Assembly: GCF_004010195.1 (NCBI RefSeq)
Contig: NC_057728.1
Span: 6,789,988 to 6,853,987, forward strand
DNA: 64,000 nt
Source of the DNA: Chiloscyllium plagiosum
Lineage: Eukaryota
Direction of reading: 5' to 3'
In this document: in pieces, positions 36,390-47,121 of the stretch
Layout of the letters: each line of letters begins with the position of its first letter
Position numbering within the stretch: position 1 is the stretch's first letter
The notes under the pieces: model-generated
What the model was told of the DNA's origin: nothing
Seen by the model: only the letters and a program-made list of their open reading frames with translations
Database searches by the model: none
Position numbers and translations under genes: made by a program

Positions 36390-37420
36390 TATTTGTTGTG
36401 GGATTTTTGCATTGCTGGCTAAACCAGCATTTATTGCCATCGCTAACTGCCCTGGAGATGGTTATGGTGAGCTGACTTCTTGAACTCTTGCAGTTCCTAG
36501 GGGTGTGGGAAACAATTAGGAAGGGAGTTTCTTGACGAGTGACAGTGTAGGAATGATAATGTAATTCCAAATCAGGATGATGTGTGCCTTGGAAGGGCAT
36601 TTGCAGATGTGGTGGTTCCATATATCTGTTATTTTATAGATGGTGGACAGGCTTTGGGGAAACAGGAGGTAAGTTAGTTGCCGCAGAATTCCGAATCTTT
36701 CACCTAGTCTTGCAGCCATGGCACACAAGTTCAGCTTCTGGTCAATGGTAATAATTAATAATGGGAGCATTCAGTAATGGTAATGCCACCAATCTTAATG
36801 TATGATGATTACATTCGCTCTTTGTTGGATATGATCATTGCGAATGTTACTTGCTACCTACTAGCCCAAGCCTGGATAATGTCCAGGTCTTGCTGCATTT
36901 GGATATGAACTGCTTCAGGTGTCACAAATGATGTTGAACATTGTGCAACCATCGGTGAACGTCCCATTTATGATGGAAGGAAGGTCATTGATGAAGCAGC
37001 TAAAGATGGTCGGGTGGCAGACACTAGGCTGAGAAACTCCTGCAGAGATGCCCTGGACCTGAGATAACTGCCCTTCAACCACCAAAACCAGTTCCCTTGC
37101 CAGTGGAGAGGTTGCCCTCTGATTCCCATTGATTCCAGTTTAGCTAGAGCTCCTTGATGTCACACTCTGTTAAATGCGGCCTTGATGTCAAGGGCTGTCA
37201 CTCTTACCTCACTTTTGAATTCAGCTCTTTTGTCATGAGATCAGCAGCTATGTGGCCCTGGGAGAACTGAACCCGAGTATCAGTAAGCAGGTTATTCCTA
37301 CGCAAGTGCCACTGATGACACGTTCCACCACTTTGCTGAGAGGTTGTTAATTGGTCATTTTTGACTTATCTTACTTTTTGTGCAGAGGACATTTTTCCAT
37401 ATTACTAGTTAGATGCTTAC
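36390..37420 (-). mobile_element. Decayed LINE 3' region
   Basis: ORF ITIDQKLN...GILRQLTYLLFPQSLSTIYK. Similar to 26785-27370. Its 3' tail is shared with the SINE at ~34800-35105. Confidence 0.7.
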
Positions 37421-38532
37421 GCCTCGAGCAAGGCCTGTGTTAATCAAAGATTCTACAACCATGGGATGGTTGGAAGGAATTTATTGGGGAAAATCTTGCT
37501 AGAATTAAACAGAAGGCCCAAGGAATCTCAATCTTTGTACAATACTTGAAGTCGTACTCAGACCAAGTGGTTAACGTTCCAAGCTTGACTCTTGAGTTTT
37601 TGGTGTGTATGTCCAATGGCTGTGGCAGAAACTGTCAGCTAGGAATTTCAGGTTTAAGTCTAAGTAACTGTGTCCTTTGCACTTTTAATATCTTTAATGT
37701 AACTATTTTCGATAGACTGCAGTCATTAGGTTTCAGCTTCTCTAAATTCGTAGTTTTCTTGTTTAAAACAGTGAAGCCTGTTGCTTAGTTCTTCCAAGTA
37801 AATACCTGAGTTTTCAGAGTCTTAAAATTGTCCATTACTGTTCTTTAATGTTGTCTTAGGAATTGTCATCTGGAAACACCAACATAAATTGGTTCCATGC
37901 ATGAATTGCATGTTACTCTTCAGAATGTTGACGGAGAGAATTAAATCAGGACTCAACATGCATAAGTTATCCAGAACAGTGGTTAGTTTAGTGTTAACCA
38001 AATAATAACAAGTTAAGAACCTGGCACAACTGATTAATTCGTTAACAAAAGGTCTTCCAAATCTGCAAAGCTTCATGCACGTGACATTATCTAATGTGAC
38101 AACCCTTTGTGATGAGAGAACAGTAGAAAGATATGCTGATCGGGTTAGTCACAATAGAGTGGGAAGAAGCTTGTGAATTGTCTAGACTACAGCAGAAACC
38201 GGGCGATACTTAAAGACCAGTCAGTTTAACCTCAGTGAGGGAGAGCTTTTCGAGATCATGATCCAACGGTAAGAACCTGCATAGTGCCTTCAACATGATA
38301 TAGTGCAGATGTGCTTCATGGGAGTGAGATAAAACTAACACTCACTCGAATGTAGATGAATGAGAGAAAGCCAACATAGATTTGTTATTGGTGAGTTGTA
38401 CTTAATTAACTGATTGGGTTTTGTGGTGGGTTAACAGAAGTGATAAGTGTAATGCATTTTGATGTGTATCTGGATATCCAAAAGGCTTCTGATAATTAGA
38501 TTGCCAGAGGAGTTGAAACTCAGGGCATTAAA

Positions 38533-38820
38533 GGGTGGCACAGTAGCTCATTGGTTAGTACAGCTACCTTATAGTGCCAGGGACTACAGTTCGATTCCAC
38601 TCTTGGAGAACTGTTTGTGTGGAGCTTACACATTCTCCTCTGTGTCTGTGTGGGTGTGATCCAGTTTCCTGGCAAATTCCAAAGATGTGCAGGTTAGATG
38701 GATTGCCCATGGGAAATGCACGATTACAGGGATAAGGTAGGAGGGTGGGATGTTCTGAGTGGGATGCTATTCAGAGGGTTGGTATGGGCTAAAAGGCCTG
38801 CTTCCACACTGTAAAGATTC
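38533..38820 (+). mobile_element. Diverged HE1-type V-SINE (further copies ~42322-42578 and ~48621-48935)
   Basis: Head, V-domain and tail are recognisable by comparison with 21786-22120. Confidence 0.8.
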
Positions 38821-39085
38821 TCCGATTCTTCTATCAATGAAAAGGGACAGTGGTTATGAAACTGGCCAAGTGACAAAGGTCTCTGGCCCACATCTTCTCA
38901 TTTGGAGATGGGCCTCTGACTCACTTTATGAGACCCTGAGGAAGTCCCCATGTAAGTAGATCAGTGATGATTTATAACTTCCAGGTGAATAACTAATAAC
39001 ACCCCTCCTCACCCAGAAATTTAATGTTTCCTATCTGTAGGTTTAACAAATTGAAGAACTCTTGCAGGGAAATGGGGTAACCTAT

Positions 39086-39885
39086 TAGAGTCATAGAGAT
39101 GTATAGCATGGAAACAGACCTTTTGTTCCAATTTATCCATGCTGACCAGATATCCTAAACTAATCTCGTCCCATTTGCCAGCTCTTGGCCCATATCCTTC
39201 TAAACTCTTTCTATTCATATACCTATCCAGATGCCTTTTAAATGCTGTAATTGTACTAACCTCCACCATTTCCTTTGGCAGCTCATTGCATACATGCACC
39301 ATCCTCTGCATGAAAAAGTTGTCCTTTAGGTCTCTTTTATATCATTCTCCTCGCACCCTAAACCTATGCCCTTGAGTTCTAGATTCCCCCATCTCAGGGA
39401 AAAGACCTTGTCTATTTAGCCTATCCATGCCCCTCATGATTTTATACACGTCCATAAGGTCACCCCTCAGCCTCCAACGCTCCAGAGGAAACAGCCTCAG
39501 CCTATTCAACCTCTCCCTATAGCTCAAATCCTCCAACTCTGGCAACATCCTTGTAAAGCTTTTCTGAACCCTTTCAAGTTTCACAACATCCTTCTGATAG
39601 GAAAGAGACCAGAATTGCACAAAATATTCCAAAAGTGACCTAATCAACGTGCTGTACAGCCGCAACATGACCTCCCAACTCCTATAGTCAATGCTCTGAC
39701 CAATAAAGGAAAGCATACCAAACGCCTTCTTCACTATCGTATCTATGTGCAACTCTACTTTCAAGGAGATAGGAACCTGCACTCCAAGGTCTCTTTGTTC
39801 AGCAACACTCCCTCAGACCTTATCATTAAGTTTATTAGTCCTGCTCTGATTTGCTTTTCCAAAATGCAGTACCTCGTATTTATCT
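39086..39885 (-). mobile_element. CR1/HER1 LINE 3' fragment
   Basis: ORF 39342-39782 VKKAFGMLSFIGQSIDYRSWEVMLRLYSTLIRSLLEY. CR1 tail present. Confidence 0.92.
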
Positions 39886-40039
39886 TCTTAGAGAGCTTGA
39901 TAGGGTAGAAGCTGAGAAGTTGTTACCCATGCCTGAAGCGACTAGGGCTAGTGGTCATACACTCACAATAAGGTGTTAATCATTTAAGACTGAGTAATAA
40001 TAAGACACGAGTAATATTCCAAAAAATCAAGCGACTGAG

Positions 40040-41505
40040 GGGGCAGAGCTGAGTATGGTGGACATTACCAAGGAGAAGGTTCTAGAAAAACTGAATAGCC
40101 TGAAGGTGAGTAAATCATCTGGAACAGATGGACTACAACCAGAGTTTTAAGGGAGATTGCTGAAGAGATAGTGGAGGCATTAGTGAAGATCTTTCAGGAA
40201 TCAGAGAGGGTCCCAGAGGTAAAGTAGGGAAAAGTCAGCGTGGTTTCATCAAGGAGAGATCATGCCTGACAAATCTGCCAGAATTCTTTGAAGAAGGAAT
40301 GAACAGGTTAGAGCAAAGAGAACTAATGGATGTTACCTACCTGGACTTCAAGAAGGCCTTTGATGAGGTGTCACACAGAGGGCTACTGAGTAAGATAAGG
40401 TCCTATGGCGTCAGAGGCAAAGTGCTAGCTTGGATAGAAGCTTGGCTGTCTGGCAGAAAGCAGAGAGTGGGGATAAAAGGGTCCTTCTCAATATGGCAGC
40501 CAGTGACAAGTGGTATTCCACAAGGCTCAGTATTGGGACCACAACTTTTCACTTTATACATTAACGATCTTGATGAAGGAACTGAGGGCACTCTGGCTAA
40601 ATTTGCAGGTGACACAAAGATTGGTAGAGGGATAGATAGCATTGAGGAGGTGGGGATGCTGCAGAAGGATTTGTCAATTTAGGAGAGTGGGCAAAGAAGT
40701 GGCCGATGGAGTACAACGAGGGAAAGTGTGAGGTCATGCACTTTGGTAGGAAGAATAGAGGCATGGACTGTTTTCTAAATGGGGAGAAAATTCAGAAGTC
40801 TGGAGTGCAAAGAGACTTTAGAGTTTTAGTCCAGGACTCTCTCAAAGTAAACTTGAAGGTTGAATCAGTAGTGAGGAAGGCAAATGCAATGATAGAATAT
40901 CTTTGGAGAGGACTTAAATATAAAAGCAGGGACATACTTCTGAGGCTCTAAAAGGCTCTGGTCGGACCACATTTGGAGTATTGTGTATAGTTTTGGGCCC
41001 CACATCTCAAGAAGGATGTACTGGCCCTGGAGCGTGTTCAGAGGACTTTCATGAGAATGATCCCAGAAATGAAGAGCTTAACGTATGAAGAACGTTTAAG
41101 GAGTTTGGGTTTATACTTGATGGAGTTTAAAAGGATGAGGGGGGGGGATCTAATTGAAACATACAGAATACTGAATGGCCTGGACAGCATAGATGTTGAG
41201 AAGATGTTTTCATTGGTGGGAGTGACTAGGATCAAAGGGCACAGCCTTAGAGTAAAGGGAAGACCTCTTAAAACGGAGATAAGGAGAAACTTCTTCAGCC
41301 AGAGAGTGGTGAATCAATGGAACTCATTGCCACAGAAGGCTGTGGAGCCTAGGTCATTGAGTATATTTAAGACTGAGATAGATAAGTTCTTGAGTATGGG
41401 AAGAAAGTGGGAAAATGGGGTTGAGAAACTTATCAGTTATGATTGAATGGCACAACAGACTCGATGGGCTGAATGCCCTAATTTCTGCTCCTATGTCTTA
41501 TGCTG
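40040..41505 (+). mobile_element. CR1-clade LINE RT and 3' region, decayed
   Basis: YLDFKKAFDEVSH, SGIPQGSVLGPQLFTLYINDL, KFAGDTK and FFSQRVVNQWNSLPQ. Confidence 0.92.
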
Positions 41506-42909
41506 TTATGGACTGAAGAGACATTCCTCTACTTGAAGGGGTGCAAATCTTTGGGATTGTATACTGCAGATCGCTGTGGATACTCAGTCTATGAATAGGC
41601 TGGGCTTGATTGATCATTTGTCTCTGAAGGAGACATAGAAATAGAGTGGGGAGTTGGAGTTGATGTAAATATCCATCCATGGTCTTTTAAGAATATAACA
41701 ACACAGGATATAGGTGGGGCAAAAGTGAGGCATACAGTCCCTTGAGTCTACTGTACAATTTAACAAGTTCATGGTAGTCAAATCCTGGCCTCAACTCCAC
41801 TTTGCCCCTGCCCCGTACATTTGATTCCCCTTGAAGGCGGATTTCTCTCTGCCTTGAATATTGAGTGAAATGACCAGGCCCACGCAGCTCTCACAGAGGT
41901 AGAGAATTGCAAAGATTTCACAAACCACTGCGAGAAAACTTTCCTCCTCATTTGTCTTACATGGGCAACTTCTCATTCTGAAAACGCGCTTCCTAATTTT
42001 AGAACTCACCACACCCCATCAAGCCCCTTCAGAATCAGTAAGCTCACCTCCTATATCAGTTGGTGCAGGCCCAATATTCCCCATCGCACCTCAATAGTCA
42101 GTCCCATCATCTCAGATATTAAGCTAGTGAACTTCCCTGAACTGCCTCCAATTCAAGTCTGCCTGTCCTTTAATAAGGAAGCCATGACTGTGTGCAGTGC
42201 AGTCACATTAAAACTCTGTATTCCTTACCTTTATACTCCATCCCTTTTGCAGTAAAGGCCAACACTCCATTAGTCTTCTAATTATTTGCCGTACCTGTAT
42301 GCTAATACTTTGTGATTCATGAGGGTAGCACTGCTACCTCACAATGACAGGAACCTGGGTTCGATTCCAGCCTCGGGTAACTGTCTGTGTGAAGTTTGCA
42401 CATTATCCCCATGTCTGTGTGGGTTTCCTCCCTCAATCCAAAGATGCGCAGGTTAAGTGGATTGGCCATGCTAAATTTCCCATACTGTTCAGGGATGTGT
42501 TTGTCATGGGTAAATGTAGGATAGGGGAATGGGTCTGGGTGGACCTGGGCCAAATTGCCTGTTTCCACACTGTAAGGATTGTTTCATGTTTAGAAACAGC
42601 CAGATCCTCCTGTAGTGAAACCTTCTGCAGTTGCTTTTCACACAACTTGTCAAATATGTAATTAACATTTTGTTTTTCTGTTTGTTCCAGTGAAACGGAT
42701 AACCTCATATTTTCTCACATTATACTGCATCTGCCAACCGCTTAGCTGCTCACTTAACCTGTCTCTGAAACCATCCAGATTCTTTGGGTCAAACTTCTAA
42801 TAATTGGTGGGGATAGGAATACAATTTAAAAATTGGGGTCCAAAAGAACATGTCTGGATCCCTTACTCCTCTGGTACAGTCTAAAATAGTGAGAGCAGCA
42901 TTACAGTCC

Positions 42910-43123
42910 AAATATACACATGATCCTGATTTTTGCATCCTCAAAGCTCTCAAATTAATTTGATGAATGTTGCCCATTCAAAATAAAATGCTAACATCAA
43001 CTCCAACTCCCCACTCTATTTCTATGTCTCCTTCAGAAAATATACACATGATCCTGATTTTTGCATCCTCAAAGCTCTCAAATTAATTTGATGAATGTTG
43101 CCCATTCAAAATAAAATGCTAAC
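42910..43123. repeat. 86-bp perfect direct duplication flanking a 42-nt inverted templated insert
   Basis: 42910-42995 is identical to 43038-43123. 42994-43037 is the exact reverse complement of 41623-41666. Confidence 0.95.
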
Positions 43124-45287
43124 TCTGGTTGATTGCAGTACAATTTTCTAACTGTCCTGCTATCACTTATTTAATCTCAAATTCTTGTCATTTCTCAACA
43201 ACAAATGTTAGACAACTTTACCTATAATTTTCTACTTTCTGTCTCTGTTTAATTTAAACACACATGGTTTTCCAATCCACTAAAAACTTTTCAGAATCTT
43301 TGCAAGGTTACAGCCAATGTGTTCACTATTTCTACAGTCTTTTAAAGTCTCAGTAAGCAGGGCCTCAGGTCCAGAGTACTTGTCAGTCTATAGTCTCATT
43401 AGTTTGCCTAGATTTTGTTTTCTATAATGTTCATTATTAAAGTTCCACTTTCCCTTTATCTCTTGATTTGTTACTATAGCTGACTTGCTTTTGATACATT
43501 CTGCCATGAAGATCAGGATGAAATATTTGTTCAAAATCTTTCTCTATTTACTTCCCCGAGGGAACAATGCTTTGCTTTAGCTGTTAAATGCACTCCATGA
43601 AGTCATCCTGAAGGTTATTTTTGATTTGCCCAAACTGCAGAAATATTAAAACTGCCCATGATTATTCCACTACCTTTCTTATGAGCTCCCATTATTTTGT
43701 GATTTATACTGGTGGGTGTAGTAGTTTCTCACGATTGTACTTCTTTATGAGAAGAGCTACCTCCACCTCTTTTACTTTCTGCCATATTCTTTTGAAATGT
43801 CAAGTGCTCCTTAGTATTGGTTATCAGATTCTGCCTACTTCTGTCGGTATCACCAATCCGTGTAACTTGTCGAATAATGTTGTAGCCTCGAATGACCAAC
43901 TGACCTTCTGCCACTCCTATGATGCTCTCGTGTTCTATTGATGAAGGGAAGGATAATTGATTTTGGGAAGAAAACAGGAAAAACCATTTGTCATGTCAAC
44001 AGCAAAATGTTTATAGTTGAAGCGGAACTTTTTGGGGTGGGTGAAGGGTTTGGAGAGTTGGAAGTGCAGAGATGTGACTTAAGTATCTTTCAGCCAGTTG
44101 TGAAACAGTTTATTAGGAAAAAGGAACAATATGGGGATACTCAGGGCTCTCTTTATATGGGCCAGAAAAAAAGTGGGAGAATATTCCAAAATGTATTTAT
44201 TATTACCAACAGGTCCGCACTTTCCCATTCTTTGCAATTGCTTGATACAGATGATGGAATTGTTCAACTTGGCGCAACAAAATATTATTTTGAACGCTCA
44301 TTATCACGTGTCAGTAAATGACGCAAAGGCCTATTTTGATACAATTGATGTCATCACGTGATGATTATTTACAAATGGAACCATTTGTCTTTGCATTTAA
44401 ACCTGTCCCTTTAAATAACAGCACATTTTTTTGCAGCTCTTGCATTGCCTAACCCTTGGATTTATATACTGATCTTCCTCATTCTCGTCAGATCAAAATG
44501 CAATTCCAAGGGTCACGTTAAGTCTGTGTATCCCTCTACAGAAAATGTCAGACCTGCTGAATTTCTCTAGGACTTTCTGATTTGGTGCAAGAAACGGGAC
44601 AAACAGCAGACTGTCCGAAATGTCTCCTTTTATTTACAGAGCTAGTATGCACCTTGCACTTTAAGATCCGTCTTCCCTGGTTAACGATGATGCCTCCGAC
44701 AGTAAACACAGCGAGACGCGACGGCTGCGCGATGCAGTGCCCCCACATAACAGCGCAAAACCCGTGCACGAACGCAATCTCCATCCAACACCACAACAGC
44801 ACTTGGGCAATGCCACGTTCTGCATCCCCGCCGGTTGGAAGTGTGCACGTTGCAACTGCCCTCCACGCGCGGAGGGACGGGGGCTGGGAATAAAACAAGG
44901 TTGCAGAGTGGGAGGTGGGAGAGAGGGAGACCGCGTGTGTGTCCGCGCAGGCATTTGCAATAAGTGGCACCGAGACGTTTCACAAGTTCCTATTGTTTCA
45001 GTCGCGAGACTCTCGGTGCAAACAGCGTGGCCCCGGCCGCGATGGAAGGTGATGGGTGGGAGGGTGTGAGGGAGGGAAGCGCGCGCCGTGTGATTGGAAC
45101 GTCGCGGGACGCAATGGAACGTGGTGCTGGGCAGAGAGAGAGAGATAAAAAAAAACACCCCAGGATTCGGTGACATAAAAGCGGCGGCGCGAGCCGGAGC
45201 TCGGGCCAGAAGCGGCGGGCGGAGGATGCGGCAGAGGGCAGGCGCCCGGTAACCGGACAGCCTCCACCTCCTTCCCCTCCCCATCCC

Positions 45288-45344
45288 ATGGTGCAGCTTG
45301 TGTGCTCGCTCGGGAATCCGGAGTTAGCAGCGGTGCAGGGATGA
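45288..45344 (+). other. Upstream ORF MVQLVCSLGNPELAAVQG* overlapping the main ATG, or a frameshifted true N-terminus
   Basis: ATG at 45288 (cccATGG) lies 53 nt before ATG 45341. Its TGA stop (45342-45344) overlaps that ATG. Confidence 0.6.
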
Positions 45345-45547
45345 AGATGAAAACCGATAAGAGGTCGCCTTCCCGCGGGGAAGGTGGCGGCGGCGGCGCC
45401 GGAGGCGGAGGGCCCGCGGTTCAGGGGCCGGCCCCCTTCATCCAGGCTCTGGCAGCCGCCAACAGCCAGTATCAGGCGTACGAGACGTACCTGGAGAATG
45501 GCATGATCTGCCTCAAGCATAAGATCCGGAATATTGAGAAGAGGAAG
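45341..45547 (+). CDS. caprin2: Caprin-2 coding exon 1
   Basis: MKMKTDKR...QAYETYLENGMICLKHKIRNIEKRK matches the Caprin-2 HR1 start (human AYETYIENGLICLKHKIRNIEKKK). Donor AAG|GTAACA. The exact start codon is uncertain. Confidence 0.92.
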
Positions 45548-47061
45548 GTAACAGGAAAGCACCCTGCACCGCACCCCGCTCTCCCTCTCCCTGTCTCTCT
45601 CTAACCTACTGGCGCTGAGTCCATGAGATGCTCCTGGATATTCTGCAGTGCACAGCCCTTGCTGCAGTCTAACTGCATTGCATTGGGTTACACCATCATC
45701 TGTGCCTGTCTTGTTCTCCCTGCACTCATTTCCCCCCCCCCCCTTCCATTCAACTTTTTAAAGTTTGCATTTATTTTTGATCTTTCACCTCCTATTTTTC
45801 TTTTTCAATTCGTGCAGCTTTTAACGGTACGAGTACCTTCATGATACTTTCCTATGTTTGCTTAAAGGGACAGCGCCCAGATTGCGCAGTTGGATTTTCA
45901 CCTCAACCTGGAGTGCTCAAATATTCACTATTTTATTCCCCCCCGTTTCGTAGCATAGGTGACGAGGCAAATGTCCCGTTTTGAGCCTGGCGCTTACGGA
46001 ATAAAATTGGAGACCCCAGCGCCTGGAGCTGTTTTAAGAACAAGCTGTGTTGCATTCGGATAGGGAAGCCCTTAGTTGCATTCATCGCCCCAATCACCCC
46101 TCAACGGTGCAAAATCGTATCGCCAGCAATCAAAATGCGGTTGCGCTTCGTAGTTTCAAATGGGGAAACTTGGCCTTTGCCTTGGTTTTAAATTTTCAAT
46201 AAGTTTCCATACGCACAATGAAATGCTAGTTTTCAACCTCTTTCTGTTTCAGGTGAACCTGAGCTTTTGCAATCGCTTTTCCAAGGTGCAAAAATAATTT
46301 TATTAGTAACTCATTTTCTTTACGTAGATATGGCACTTTTTTGGACACTAGTAATGTAACTTCGACTACCGTCGAAAGTTGCTTATTTGCTTTTCTGTGA
46401 CTTTTTTTTTGCAAATCTATGTAGCAATAGATTGCCATTGCCCACTTGGAGTAAAGCGTGTAATGTACTTATTTTATGCAGCACTTATGCACCCTACACC
46501 CTGACCTCTAACGGATAATAAGTGACCTCCGTTGACATTGAAGTTGTATTGTGAGATTGAGTGAAGATGACTTGTGGTCAGACATATCTTAATGTCACAG
46601 GGTGGTTAAGGAGTTTAGCACTCTTTACTTCATTGCTCACTCCTTAAGTATAGAAGATGTTAAGTCATGTTGAGGTTGTAAAGGATTTGATGAGGCCTCT
46701 GGTTGCTCTACTATACGAAGGATAATAAACTGGAGTGGGTTCAGAAAAGATTTACCACAATGTTCCTCGGAATGGAGGGTGAGAGAAATAAGGATAGACC
46801 GGAACTTTCCTCACTGTGTAATGTGAGATTGAGGGTTGACCTTTTTTCAATAAGGGTGTTTAGGTTTGGAGGGATATGGCCCGAATGCAGGCAAGTGGGC
46901 CTAGTCTAGTTTGGGGAAGGTTTCCACGCTACATGAATTTGACTCTAATGGAGTATATTTTGTGTATGTAGCACTGGAAATGCAGTTGATTCACCCTTTA
47001 TAAAGTTGAGTCAAAATATTTGCAATGCATGACCTTATGGTGGTCTTTCTTTTTTAAAAAG

Positions 47062-47121
47062 GCAAAACTGGATGACTATAAGGAACGCCTAAACAGAGAA
47101 GAACTCAATCAGGATCAGTTG
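47062..47121 (+). CDS. caprin2: Caprin-2 coding exon 2
   Basis: AKLDDYKERLNREELNQDQL; AG/GT boundaries, phase 0. Confidence 0.95.

Larger units (their letters stand above)
44690..45600 (+). promoter_or_regulatory. CpG island / caprin2 promoter and first exon
   Basis: Abrupt GC- and CpG-rich segment in otherwise CpG-depleted DNA, overlapping the first coding exon. Reverse CCAAT (gattgg ~45092), TCGCGAGA at 45002 and a GC box gggcgg at ~45217. Confidence 0.85.

Noticed and set aside
44548-45574. Several 100-207 aa ORFs on both strands around the promoter, suggesting a divergent gene
   Set aside because: Expected stop-codon scarcity in a CpG island. No recognisable domain or splice pattern.
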